DNA from: a virus | IMG/VR virus record: IMGVR_UViG_3300043493_000066 | Location: 1-57,696 of that record | Direction: 5' to 3' (one strand) | Length of the DNA: 57,696 nt | Shown here: positions 18,001 through 26,622 of the stretch, in pieces | Numbering within the stretch: the stretch's first letter is position 1 | How the letters are laid out: each line of letters begins with the position of its first letter | Notes under the pieces: model-generated | The model's input: the letters and a program-made list of their open reading frames with translations, nothing else | Database searches by the model: none | Told to the model about the DNA's origin: nothing | Translations under genes and position numbers: made by a program

Positions 18001-18902
18001 GTGGTTTCCTTGATTGAGAGGTTTTTGATGCTGTTCAGGTACTCACTTGCATCGGCAGCGCTCGGCGTGCCGCTGTCAACAGCGCTGGGCGTGCTGACGC
18101 CGGCAGCGCTGGGCGTGCCGGTTCCGACAGCGCTAGGCGTGCCGGCCTTCAATGCTTGAATTAGTGCGCGCCGCGCGCTTCGCGGCATGCCGTACTGGGC
18201 CATCACCATGTCGGGGCGCAGGGCGGCGAGGCGTTCGCGCTTGTAGCTGGCGTCCTTCTTGACCTCGTCCGCGGGCAACAGGCCGTCGGCGAAACCCTGC
18301 TCGACGGCCGCAGTGCCACCGATCCAGGTTTCCATATCCATCAGCTTCAGCGCGTCTTTCATGTCCATGCCGCTGCGCGCGGCGTAGATGTCCGCCATCG
18401 CAGCATCGAACGGCTCGAGCATGTCGGCGGTCTCGCGCAGGTCGTTCCGGTTTCCCATCGTGATGACCCACGTATCGTGAATCATGAGGAAACCGGCACG
18501 GGCGATCAGCACCTCATCGCCAGCCATCGCGACGATCGATGCCGCGGAGGCTGCCAGGCCCAACACCTTTACCGTCACTTTGCCCTGGTGTTCGCGCAGC
18601 AGGTTGTAGATAGCCATGCCTTCGAACAGATCGCCGCCAGGTGAATTGATATTTACGACGACGTCCTTGTCGGCGCCGATCGAGCGCAGCGCCGCAGCAA
18701 TACGCTTCGCCGTTACGCCTTCGCCGGTCCACGGATCCACGCCGATCGCATCCAGCACGGAGATCGTGCTCTCCTCCGAAGCGGCGGCCGCCATCAGATC
18801 AGGCGTCCAGCGCTCGAGCGCCTGCGGCACGACTTCCCACTGCAGGCCTTTAGGCTGCTCGACCTTCAACGCTTTCGGCATGGTTCGTTTGCTCATGGCC
18901 AC
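17997..18902 (-). CDS. Prohead maturation protease, ClpP/S49-like (301 aa)
   Basis: INSPGGDLFEGMAIYNLL...VLGLAASAASIVAMAGD. Lies between the portal and capsid genes. The C-terminus carries GTPSA repeats. Confidence 0.85.
   Translation of the reverse strand: MAMSKRTMPKALKVEQPKGLQWEVVPQALERWTPDLMAAAASEESTISVLDAIGVDPWTGEGVTAKRIAAALRSIGADKDVVVNINSPGGDLFEGMAIYNLLREHQGKVTVKVLGLAASAASIVAMAGDEVLIARAGFLMIHDTWVITMGNRNDLRETADMLEPFDAAMADIYAARSGMDMKDALKLMDMETWIGGTAAVEQGFADGLLPADEVKKDASYKRERLAALRPDMVMAQYGMPRSARRALIQALKAGTPSAVGTGTPSAAGVSTPSAVDSGTPSAADASEYLNSIKNLSIKETT
18055..18144. repeat. 4 x 24-nt tandem repeat encoding (G/S)TPSA(V/A)xx at the protease C-terminus
   Basis: (g/a)cagcgct(c/g/a)ggcgtgc(c/t)g occurs at 18055, 18079, 18103 and 18127. 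Confidence 0.8.
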
Positions 18903-20212
18903 TCCTTCACCGATTTATCAGCTGATACGGTTTCGATCCCGAGCCACGCCAGAAGCGCGTCTCGCGCACTACTGCCCGCCGCCGGCGCCTTGCCCAGCTG
19001 GTCGAGCGGCATCAGGTTCGACTGCACGGTCAGCACGTCACCGCCAGCCATCGGCGGGTCGTTCTCGAGCCTGCGGATCTCGTTGCGGGTCTTCCAACCG
19101 TTCTGCCCCGCCGATGCGTAGAAGGCAGCGCGCGCCGTTGAATCGCCGCGCAGCAGCCCTTCCATGTTGAACTCGGCGAAGAATGTCAGCCGCTCGACAG
19201 GCGTCAGCAGGTTCTTGCGTACCGCCTGCTCGATTCGTACGCACCATTTGCGCAGCGCGAACACTAGGAACCACAGCATCTTCTGCTCGAGCCCAGTGCC
19301 CCAGTTCGAATCCTTGCCACCGTGACCGACCATTGCCGGATCCAGACCGAACCATCTGCAGATCTCTTCGACGTTCCAGGATCGGCTGGCAAGGAGCTCA
19401 GCGTCGACCGGATTGAACTTCAACTTCTCGAAGCCCGTACCCTTTTCGAGCACGTACACACCGCCTTCCACCGCGACCTTCTTGACGTGCTCCCTGATCT
19501 GCTCGCGCTGCTCGTTTTTCAGCACCGAGGCGACGGTGATGATCCCGGGCGATCGCATGGCATCGCGGAACGTCTCGGCGCTTGCTCGGTCCGTCTCGAT
19601 CGACGTGCCGAGCACGTTCGTTCCGTATGCCACAGGGGATAGACCCAGCACGCCGTCAACGGAAAACGCCGGGATATGCATCATGTCCGCCTGGGCAATC
19701 ACGCGCTCACCACCACCTGCCGCTCGATAGCGGTACTCAACATTGCCATTCGCCAGCCGGCTGACAGTCACGCGCCAGGGCATGAGAAACCCAAGGGCTA
19801 CGACCGTTCGGCCGCTGCGGAAGATCTCGATGTAGGCGTTGCCCCAAAGCAGCATCGAGGCGACCACCGCCTCCCAGAACACAACCGCCGTCATATCGTC
19901 GTTGGGCTGGTTGTGCAGCAAGTCGTAGAGCGCATGGCTCGTAGCAACCGTCCGCGAGCCGTCGGCGTTGCGCTGATAGAAGCCGAGGGGCAACGTCGCC
20001 AGCGTCTCCGAGATCAGCCTGACACACGCCCAGACCGTCGCCAGCTGCAGCGCGCTGTCGACAGTGACTCGCTTCCCGAGAAAATTTCCACCGATGTTGT
20101 GGAACAGGTCACGCCAGAACCCGTGATCCTTCAGCGTGATCCCTTTGCCGAGCCAATCCTGGAGCGCGGCCTTCACCGCCAGTAGGTGCCGCCGGATGCC
20201 GATCTTCTCCAT
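18893..20212 (-). CDS. Portal protein, HK97 family (439 aa)
   Basis: ATVWACVRLISETLATLPLGFYQR motif, and position after TerL. Confidence 0.9.
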   Translation of the reverse strand: MEKIGIRRHLLAVKAALQDWLGKGITLKDHGFWRDLFHNIGGNFLGKRVTVDSALQLATVWACVRLISETLATLPLGFYQRNADGSRTVATSHALYDLLHNQPNDDMTAVVFWEAVVASMLLWGNAYIEIFRSGRTVVALGFLMPWRVTVSRLANGNVEYRYRAAGGGERVIAQADMMHIPAFSVDGVLGLSPVAYGTNVLGTSIETDRASAETFRDAMRSPGIITVASVLKNEQREQIREHVKKVAVEGGVYVLEKGTGFEKLKFNPVDAELLASRSWNVEEICRWFGLDPAMVGHGGKDSNWGTGLEQKMLWFLVFALRKWCVRIEQAVRKNLLTPVERLTFFAEFNMEGLLRGDSTARAAFYASAGQNGWKTRNEIRRLENDPPMAGGDVLTVQSNLMPLDQLGKAPAAGSSARDALLAWLGIETVSADKSVKEWP

Positions 20213-21885
20213 TACGCGATGATCGGGTCGAGCAGCGAATCGGCGAGCGTGCCCTGGGCCTCAGGGTTCAGCGACAGGAGCGCGATCGCGTTGAACAGCG
20301 CGAGCAACGGATCGATCTTCGCTGTCCCGGCGGCCTGTTTCGTGATGATCACGGCGTTCCCTCTCGGTTCGACCTTGGCGTTGCCACAGCACCAGTTCAT
20401 CAAAGGCTGCCCACCATGGATCAGCCCACCTTCCGCGAGCTTCCGCTCCGCGGTCTTGATCGCGCCGGTCATCTTCCAGCCCTGCGAGATCCCGACGACC
20501 TTCTCCTTCGGCACGCCGGCGGCTACGATCGCATCGAGAATCCCGCCGATCCCAGCCGGGTCGACACCGATCTTGTCGAGCTTCCCGGTGGCCTCGACCT
20601 GCGCGGCGATCGCGGCGACCTGGTCGACGTCGTCTCCGATCTTTTCCACGATCGTCAGATCACCATCCTTCTCGAAGTCGCGGAACCGTTCGGCCTCCGA
20701 CTTACGGCGCTCGAGCACCGACGGGTGCGCCCATGCGTGCGACCAGGAGACCCAGTTCCCGCTCTTGTGCTCGCGGCCTAGCACGTTCAGGCCGAGCAGG
20801 TCGTCGAGGCCTCCGCCGTCCACGCCGAGGTCGAACACCTCGCAGCGCTCGAGGAGCTGCTCGAGCGTGAACGCGGGCTCGGCCTGGCCTTCCCAGTAGT
20901 CGGCGCCGGCCCAGCGATCGGAGTGCAGCGCGAGCCCGATCTCGACGTTCAGATGCTGCGACGCCCAGGCGCGGAGCTCGCCCTCGCCGGTTGCTCGAGC
21001 GCTCTCGAACTCCTCTACCAGGCGGTCGATCGTCACCGAGCGGCCGGCGTTCGGCGTGACCATGTGCCAGTTCGCCGGGCTTCTCCAGGCTGCGGCCTCG
21101 GCCTGCATCTCCTGCGGGAACTCGTAGAGCACCGGCAGCATCGCACCGGTCCGCTTCCCGTCCCGGATCGCCCGCGCCTTCATGAGCTCGGCGCGAAACA
21201 CGCCCGCCGGCGCTTCCTCCGATTGCGTCGTGATGAACGCCATGAACGCCTCGGGGAACGGCAGCATGCCGCCCCGCAGCTGGCGGATCGCGCTCGCCGC
21301 CTTCGCCATCTTCGCGACGACGTGGAGCTCGTCGATCAGCACGCCGGCGCACTTCTGCCCGGTCAGCACCGCCGGGTCGAACGTCATGATCTGCAGCGCC
21401 GCACCGGTCTCCCGGTGGATGATCGTCTTCAGGTGCTCCCGGATGTGCAGCTTCTTGTGCAGCACATTGTCCAGCGCGATCGCGCCGGCGGCCGCGGCGA
21501 ACGCCAGCTCGGCGACGTCGTGCACCGGCGCCGTCATGATGAAGGGCGCGCTCGGCCGGCGGTTCAGGAGCAGCGCCGTCAGCATCAGCAGCGCGCCGTT
21601 CGTCGTCTTGCTCGACTTCTTCGGCACGAGCAGGAAGAGCTCGCGGATCGCCCGCATGAGCGAGGCCGGATCCAGCGACCCGAAGAGCGCCCGGACGATG
21701 TCGCGGAACCATTCGCCCGCGGCCTCGCCCATCGTCGGCGTTCCCGGTACGTCCGCCAGGCGCAGCTTGTTGAACACCGCGACCGCCCGGTTACCTTCCG
21801 CCGTGTTCAGCGGCAGGCTTGGGACGAGCGACCTGCCGGCCTTGAGGCGATCGCCCCAGTCCGGGCACGACAGATCCCAGCTCAT
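20212..21885 (-). CDS. terL: Terminase large subunit (557 aa)
   Basis: P-loop-like LLVPKKSSKTT, and size and position typical of the Terminase_1 family. Confidence 0.9.
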   Translation of the reverse strand: MSWDLSCPDWGDRLKAGRSLVPSLPLNTAEGNRAVAVFNKLRLADVPGTPTMGEAAGEWFRDIVRALFGSLDPASLMRAIRELFLLVPKKSSKTTNGALLMLTALLLNRRPSAPFIMTAPVHDVAELAFAAAAGAIALDNVLHKKLHIREHLKTIIHRETGAALQIMTFDPAVLTGQKCAGVLIDELHVVAKMAKAASAIRQLRGGMLPFPEAFMAFITTQSEEAPAGVFRAELMKARAIRDGKRTGAMLPVLYEFPQEMQAEAAAWRSPANWHMVTPNAGRSVTIDRLVEEFESARATGEGELRAWASQHLNVEIGLALHSDRWAGADYWEGQAEPAFTLEQLLERCEVFDLGVDGGGLDDLLGLNVLGREHKSGNWVSWSHAWAHPSVLERRKSEAERFRDFEKDGDLTIVEKIGDDVDQVAAIAAQVEATGKLDKIGVDPAGIGGILDAIVAAGVPKEKVVGISQGWKMTGAIKTAERKLAEGGLIHGGQPLMNWCCGNAKVEPRGNAVIITKQAAGTAKIDPLLALFNAIALLSLNPEAQGTLADSLLDPIIA

Positions 21886-22319
21886 TGCAGCCGGGTCGGC
21901 GGCTCGAGCAGCTCAGCCCAGTCCGTGTCCTTGTGCGCGGTCTTCGCGTCCGCATCGGCCTGGTCCTTCTTGCCGAGCTTCGGCTGGTCAGCAGCTGACG
22001 GCGGATCCGCCGGAACGGGCGGCGCCGGCGGGGCGGCCACCTGGGGACTCGCCGCCAGGTATGCCTTCGCCGCGCTCGAGCTCCCGCGCTTCGCTGCCTT
22101 GTGCAACCCCTTCAGCGCTTCCATGCGCCGGACGTTGGCGACGACCGACAGTTCCGCCTCGTAGTACTTCCACAGCGTGTCGACCGAGATCCCGAGCGCG
22201 ATCGCGATCTCCTCGTGGAGCATTCCGCCCCCGGCCGCTATCGAAACATCGGTCCGAAGCCGATCGGTAGGCCTGTGCGGCGGCCTTCCGCGGCCCCGTT
22301 TCGTCGATTTTTCCGGCAT
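21882..22319 (-). CDS. terS: Terminase small subunit (145 aa)
   Basis: Small HTH-containing protein (MLHEEIAIALGISVDTLWKYY) immediately upstream of terL, with an ATGA overlap. Confidence 0.65.
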   Translation of the reverse strand: MPEKSTKRGRGRPPHRPTDRLRTDVSIAAGGGMLHEEIAIALGISVDTLWKYYEAELSVVANVRRMEALKGLHKAAKRGSSSAAKAYLAASPQVAAPPAPPVPADPPSAADQPKLGKKDQADADAKTAHKDTDWAELLEPPTRLQ

Positions 22320-22355
22320 GAATCAGCTTCCGGATCGAGTTTTCGCCCGAGGACG

Positions 22356-22376
22356 AAAAAAAACCTCTCCGTGAGG
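22356..22376 (-). other. Short hairpin followed by a T8 tract in the HNH-terS intergenic region
   Basis: Minus strand reads CCTC-acgga-GAGG-TTTTTTTT. An A/T octamer is rare in this genome. It could be a weak terminator or part of the cos region. Confidence 0.35.
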
Positions 22377-22411
22377 GCGACCGCGGTGTCCGCTTCGACG
22401 CGCCTGAGCTT

Positions 22412-22738
22412 TCAACCCACCCTCCCCTGGCGTCGTGCGCGGTCCTCGTTCGTCTTCTCGAGGTGGCATGGATCGCACAGCAGCTCCTTGTTGTCGTCGG
22501 TGTCGGGCCCACCATCCTCGAGCGCGACGACGTGGTCGACCTGGGTGCCAAGGGTCACGAGGTTGCGCCTCGCGCAGCGCTGGCATAGGCCATGGTCTCG
22601 GGTCCGGATGCGCTCACGATCCACGACACCAGCGCGTCCGCGCTTGCGGTCCATGTGATGCGGCGCAACAGTGCGGGCATCCAGCATCGGCACGCGTGGT
22701 CCGAGCGTCTGCAGCTTCACTCGATCACCGGTAGCCAT
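22412..22738 (-). CDS. HNH endonuclease (108 aa), terminase-associated
   Basis: CQRC...VDHVVALEDGGPDTDDNKELLCDPCH. Lies upstream of terS, as in cos phages that need an HNH for packaging. Confidence 0.85.
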   Translation of the reverse strand: MATGDRVKLQTLGPRVPMLDARTVAPHHMDRKRGRAGVVDRERIRTRDHGLCQRCARRNLVTLGTQVDHVVALEDGGPDTDDNKELLCDPCHLEKTNEDRARRQGRVG

Positions 22739-22838
22739 CGCGCCTGTCCCGCTCGCGATCAGCCCTCGTGGCCAATACCTCCAGCACGATGATGTAGACG
22801 ATCACGGCAGCGACCACGATCAGCCCGACGATCTTCAA
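22725..22838 (-). CDS. Possible 37-aa transmembrane peptide (TTG start)
   Basis: Hand translation: LKIVGLIVVAAVIVYIIVLEVLATRADRERDRRDGYR. The TTG overlaps the upstream TGA. Short, with a non-ATG start. Confidence 0.3.
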   Translation of the reverse strand: MKIVGLIVVAAVIVYIIVLEVLATRADRERDRRDGYR

Positions 22839-23254
22839 TTCCAGAACTGCCAACGTGGCTTCGTAGGCGCGGGCGCCGTGGTTGGTGCAAGCGATGCAGG
22901 GATCGGCTTCTCGCCTACGCAGCCCTCGATCGTGGCCTCGAGCTTTGCCTCGTAGTCGATACGCTTGAGCCGATCGTGGTACAGCGATGCGACGAAGGTG
23001 TCAGCGCGCATCGCCTTCAGCTGGGCATCGGTCACCAGATCCGGCTTCGCCGGAACTTCCTTGCGCGTAAGGCACGGCGTACCGGTAGGGATCTGCACAG
23101 CATCGCCCGGGCGCGTGGCGACGTCAGCGCAACCAGCAAGCACCATCAGAGCAGCGAGCGCTACGGCGCACAACGCCGCACTCAGCGCCATTGCCCAGGC
23201 TTGGTCGCGCCGGTGTGCGTCCAGCAGCCACTGGATCCTGGTCGGCACGTTCAT
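22835..23254 (-). CDS. Outer-membrane lipoprotein, o-spanin-like (139 aa)
   Basis: Signal peptide with lipobox LAGC (..ALMVLAGCADV). Directly follows the i-spanin-like gene. The start could instead be the internal MALS. Confidence 0.6.
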   Translation of the reverse strand: MNVPTRIQWLLDAHRRDQAWAMALSAALCAVALAALMVLAGCADVATRPGDAVQIPTGTPCLTRKEVPAKPDLVTDAQLKAMRADTFVASLYHDRLKRIDYEAKLEATIEGCVGEKPIPASLAPTTAPAPTKPRWQFWN

Positions 23255-23622
23255 GGCTTGAGCCCCTTCCGCACTTCCTCGACGGCCTGGTCAGCAGGGC
23301 AAGGCCCGACCGCCTTGAAGTTCCGCTCGAGGTTCTCGGCCCGCGCGCGTTCGCCCGCCCGGTCAGCCTGCGCCTTGCCGGCGGCCGCGAGCGCTGCCTC
23401 CATCTTCCGCTGCGCTTCGTTGCGCTCACCTCGGAGTGCGTCGAGCGCCACGTTCTGCTGCCCGACTCGACCGTCGAGCGTCGCGTAGTCTGTCTTGCAG
23501 GTGGCGAGCTTCGCCTCGGCCTGCTGCGCCTTCTCGATCGCCGAGTTGTACTTGTGGAGCCCGCCGGCGACGAACGTCACGACGCCCAGCGCGAGCACGC
23601 CGATCGCGATGAGCTGGATCAT
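23251..23622 (-). CDS. i-spanin-like protein (123 aa)
   Basis: N-terminal TM segment MIQLIAIGVLALGVVTFVAGGL followed by coiled coil. Confidence 0.6.
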   Translation of the reverse strand: MIQLIAIGVLALGVVTFVAGGLHKYNSAIEKAQQAEAKLATCKTDYATLDGRVGQQNVALDALRGERNEAQRKMEAALAAAGKAQADRAGERARAENLERNFKAVGPCPADQAVEEVRKGLKP

Positions 23623-23906
23623 AGGAAGATCACCACGACGCCAGCAGTGAAGAACACGACGCCGGCGATGATCAGCACGATCCAGGCCGTGTGCGGCGAC
23701 TTCTTCAGCCGCTCGAGGCCACTCTGCACCGCGCTGATCGCCGAGTCGACCTTCTCCTCTTGCCGCTGCACGGGGTCGCGGGCCGCCGCTTCCGCCTGCT
23801 GCTTAGCGAGACGATCTGCCTCGTGGACGGCGTCCAGCTGCTTGCGCACCGCCTCGCGCGCGGCCGCCTCCGATTCTGCTAACGCGTCCTTTACCGGATC
23901 CGTCAT
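23619..23906 (-). CDS. Coiled-coil protein with C-terminal TM anchor (95 aa)
   Basis: ATG 23906 overlaps the upstream stop. The C-terminus is TAWIVLIIAGVVFFTAGVVVIFL. Confidence 0.5.
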   Translation of the reverse strand: MTDPVKDALAESEAAAREAVRKQLDAVHEADRLAKQQAEAAARDPVQRQEEKVDSAISAVQSGLERLKKSPHTAWIVLIIAGVVFFTAGVVVIFL

Positions 23907-24355
23907 AGGAGTTTTCCTTCCGCGTCGAACTTGCGTCCCTCGACGTCGTCGCCGATCACGCCGCTCTTCAGGTAGCCGTGATAGCGGCCCTCGTAGTTGA
24001 TCGATGGGTGCACAGTCAGCTGTGGCGGCGTGCCCGTCACCTTCCATCCGTCGTAGTAGCCGCGCGGCCGGTACGCATCGCCGCACTTGCACTCGCGCCG
24101 CTTCTTCTTGCACTTGGTGCAGTCGCTCGAGTAGCACTGCCCGTCGACCAGATAGTAGGTGCGCCCGGGCAGCATCATCACGACCGGCTGCCGGCCGGCG
24201 TTCTCAGCGAAGTACTGCGCCGTCAGATTCCGGTTCTTCAGCTCCTCGGGTGGCACGGTGAGGAACCACATGTCGCCGACCTGGCGCTTCGTGACGTCGA
24301 CATTGCCGTGCTCGTCGAGCTCCGGGCTCGCGATCAGGCGGCACGGCCAGCTCAC
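23903..24355 (-). CDS. DUF6527-like protein, paralog c (150 aa)
   Basis: GTGA overlap. Motif WKVTGTPPQLTVHPSINYEGRYHGYLKSGVI, plus a Cys cluster. Confidence 0.55.
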   Translation of the reverse strand: MSWPCRLIASPELDEHGNVDVTKRQVGDMWFLTVPPEELKNRNLTAQYFAENAGRQPVVMMLPGRTYYLVDGQCYSSDCTKCKKKRRECKCGDAYRPRGYYDGWKVTGTPPQLTVHPSINYEGRYHGYLKSGVIGDDVEGRKFDAEGKLL

Positions 24356-24522
24356 GCCACCGCGACCTTCGCGAACCGCGAATTCCTGACGAGCTCGATC
24401 GCGTCCGAGCAATCGATGCGACGCCGGTACGACTCGCCGCTGTTCGCGATGATCCGGCCGTTCGCTGCGCGCAAGCGCCAGCGCCACTCCTTCTTCCGAT
24501 TTCTGAACACTTCGAAGGTCAT
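24352..24522 (-). CDS. YegP/DUF1508-like small protein (56 aa)
   Basis: MTFEVFRNRKKEWRWRLRAANGRIIANSGESY... is the typical UPF0339 repeat. Confidence 0.65.
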   Translation of the reverse strand: MTFEVFRNRKKEWRWRLRAANGRIIANSGESYRRRIDCSDAIELVRNSRFAKVAVA

Positions 24523-24818
24523 ACCTGCCTCCAGATTCCCCGCTCGAGATAGCCGTGCCACTCCTTGCGCGCGCCGGTTTGCCGGTTGTGGCCGCCGATC
24601 AGGATCGACGGCTTCACGGTGATGGTTCCGTCCTCGTGCTCTTCCACCTCGTGGCCGCTGAGGTTTGCGCACATCCAGTCTTCCGGATCCGTACCAGCGG
24701 GGATGCCGTGCCAGCCGTGGAAGACTCCATCCTGGTCGAACCGGCCGTACTCGCCTGGGCGAAGCAAGTGCGGCTCGACGTCGCGGCGAACGCCAGGGAT
24801 CCTCAGACCTTGCGCCAC
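24519..24818 (-). CDS. DUF6527-like protein, paralog b (99 aa)
   Basis: GTG 24818 was chosen by alignment with paralog a. Motif HEDGTITVKPSILIGG...WHGYLERGIWRQV. Confidence 0.55.
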   Translation of the reverse strand: MAQGLRIPGVRRDVEPHLLRPGEYGRFDQDGVFHGWHGIPAGTDPEDWMCANLSGHEVEEHEDGTITVKPSILIGGHNRQTGARKEWHGYLERGIWRQV

Positions 24819-25117
24819 ACACCCTTCTCTAGGTAACCGTGCCAGCCGTCGCTTTCGCTGCCGGGCCCGGCCTTGTCGCCGATCGAGGCCATGATCGTCA
24901 GCGAGCCATCCGGCTCCTCGCGAAAGATGTGCGGCGGCGAGGTGACGTGATGCTCGCTGCGAGCTCGAGGTGGCGCATCGCGATCGCGCGCGTTCGGCTT
25001 CAGGAAGAACACCGCCCACTTGTCATCGGTGTACCCGAACACCGGCCCGCAGTAGTCGCCTGGCTCGAGCGGCGTCGGGTGCTCGCCGTCGACAACGGGC
25101 AGGCGCCGGCCCTTCAC
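24803..25117 (-). CDS. DUF6527-like protein, paralog a (104 aa)
   Basis: GTGA overlap at 25114-25117. Motif EPDGSLTIMASIGD...WHGYLEKGVWRKV. Confidence 0.55.
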   Translation of the reverse strand: MKGRRLPVVDGEHPTPLEPGDYCGPVFGYTDDKWAVFFLKPNARDRDAPPRARSEHHVTSPPHIFREEPDGSLTIMASIGDKAGPGSESDGWHGYLEKGVWRKV

Positions 25118-25299
25118 GCGATCCGCCGCCAGCGGCCGCCAGGCAGCTCGACCTCGACGACGATCGCCTTGCGAGCCCAGAACTCGATGCGCTCCCAGTT
25201 CGGCTCCGCATCGAAGAGGAAGCACAACCAGCCGAGCGTCCGAAAGTAGACGGGGAACCACCAGAGCATCCGCCCGCGCAGCGCACACCGCATCGCCAT
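25114..25299 (-). CDS. Small hydrophobic protein (61 aa)
   Basis: ATG 25299 shares one nt with the upstream TGA. Sequence MLWWFPVYFRTLGWLCFLF. Confidence 0.45.
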   Translation of the reverse strand: MAMRCALRGRMLWWFPVYFRTLGWLCFLFDAEPNWERIEFWARKAIVVEVELPGGRWRRIA

Positions 25300-25499
25300 C
25301 AGGGCTGCCGGCGCTCGCGCTCGATCTCGAGCTTGAAGTGGAACAGGTCGCCGCGGCTCGCCCCGCGCCGCTCGATCAGGTCCAGGGCGGCAGCGCGCAG
25401 CTGCTCGAGCGCCTGGTCGACCGCGCTCGCGTCTCCGTGCTCGGTGCGGCATTCGTCGGAGACGGTCATCTGCTTGACCGGTACGGTGACGGTGCTCAC
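25299..25499 (-). CDS. Hypothetical protein (66 aa)
   Basis: ORF track; compact spacing. Confidence 0.5.
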   Translation of the reverse strand: MSTVTVPVKQMTVSDECRTEHGDASAVDQALEQLRAAALDLIERRGASRGDLFHFKLEIERERRQP

Positions 25500-25645
25500 A
25501 TCTGGCTCCCTTCCCAGCAGTCAGCGATGTGCTGCAGCAGCGCCGCGAGCACCCAGACGGCGACGATCGCGATCGCGAGCAGCGGCCCGACGATCAGGCC
25601 GGCGATCGGCACCCATAGCGGCGGGCGCCGGCGGAGCTCCTCCAT
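25496..25645 (-). CDS. Single-TM small protein next to the endolysin (49 aa), holin/pinholin candidate
   Basis: MEELRRRPPLWVPIAGLIVGPLLAIAIVAVWVLAALL. The start overlaps the endolysin stop. Confidence 0.45.
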   Translation of the reverse strand: MEELRRRPPLWVPIAGLIVGPLLAIAIVAVWVLAALLQHIADCWEGSQM

Positions 25646-26262
25646 CAAAGCACCGCCAGGAACCGGTGGAAGTACGCCTCGCGCTCTCCGAGGCCGGTGA
25701 GGCCCCCGTTTAAACGACGTGTCTCGGCACGGATGTCCTCGTCGTCGTCCAGCGCATCCATGCCGTTCGCGCTCCAGTACCAGCACGACACCGCGGCGCC
25801 GATCGCGGGCTGGAGCATCAGATCGGGAGCGTCGTGCACGTAGTGCCCGGTTGCTTCCTGGGCGGCGAGGTAGTTCTTGGATCCGGTGAGCTGCACGGGC
25901 CCGCGGCCGCGGTACTTCCATCCGTCGCCCGAACCCTCGGGGCGGTTCCCCATGCGGCCGCCATAAACGAACTCGGCGAGCTTCTCGCCGTTCATCGCAT
26001 ACTCGTTCGCGTCGCGCTTGCCGTTGTACGGGACGCCGACGTAGAACCGGGTCGGCCACACGGCAACCAGGCGGCCCGACGAGTAGCCGAGGCGCTCCTC
26101 GAGCACGGTGAGCTCGCGGGATTCGGTCGCGACCATCGCGAGGAACGATGCCTCCTCGTTCTTCATGTCGATCGCGCGGCGCGGCATTTCGGCGAGCAAC
26201 GGCAGCAGCCACTCGATCGGCGCGCGCGTCATCACAGAGCGGATCCGCTCGAGCTTCGTCAC
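25645..26262 (-). CDS. Endolysin, glycoside hydrolase family 19-like (205 aa)
   Basis: EASFLAMVATES...YGGRMGNRPEGSGDGWKYRGRGPVQLTGSKNY. GTG 26262 has GAGGAG 6 nt upstream. Confidence 0.85.
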   Translation of the reverse strand: MTKLERIRSVMTRAPIEWLLPLLAEMPRRAIDMKNEEASFLAMVATESRELTVLEERLGYSSGRLVAVWPTRFYVGVPYNGKRDANEYAMNGEKLAEFVYGGRMGNRPEGSGDGWKYRGRGPVQLTGSKNYLAAQEATGHYVHDAPDLMLQPAIGAAVSCWYWSANGMDALDDDEDIRAETRRLNGGLTGLGEREAYFHRFLAVL

Positions 26263-26511
26263 CTGGCGCTCCTCGGGTTTGCTGCCGGCAGCAAAATCGG
26301 CCGGCGGGGAAAGGTTCTTGCCGGTTACAGCGTCCGGCGCCCTTGGGCGAGCTCGCAGGGCTGACTGCTGAATTGTCGTCGGCCGTCCCCTTCCAGTGGC
26401 AACCGACGTTTCAGCCCCAGGCGGCCGCCGCGAGCCGGCAACCCAACGATCTCAACTAGGAGGAGAAGAGCAAGCGCAAGCGAATGCCGGCGTGCAGCGA
26501 CTTCCCGGGAC

Positions 26512-26548
26512 GGAAAAAGAAAAGGGCCGGTCCATTTCTGGCCAGCCC
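26512..26548 (-). terminator. Rho-independent terminator in the late leader (GGGCTGG-loop-CCGGCCC + TTTTCTTTTT)
   Basis: Minus strand reads gggctggccagaaatggaccggcccttttctttttcc, about 45 nt downstream of the candidate late promoter. Confidence 0.6.
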
Positions 26549-26581
26549 TCCGTTTTCTCGGGGCGAACTGCCCCGGCGCGA

Positions 26582-26610
26582 ACCTTAGGACTTTCCTGAC
26601 GGCGTGTCAA
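26582..26610 (-). promoter_or_regulatory. Candidate late promoter TTGACA-N17-TAAGGT
   Basis: Minus strand reads tTTGACAcgccgtcaggaaagtccTAAGGT, immediately after the Q-like gene stop. Confidence 0.5.
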
Positions 26611-26622
26611 ATCCCGACCAAT

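Noticed and set aside
26455-26585. A strong plus-strand Shine-Dalgarno sequence (AGGAGGAG at ~26458) followed by a 34-codon ORF (MPACSDFPGRKKKRAG...).
   Set aside because: The ATG lies about 17 nt from the SD, which is too far. The ORF runs antisense through the late leader and terminator. It is more likely a by-product of the leader sequence.
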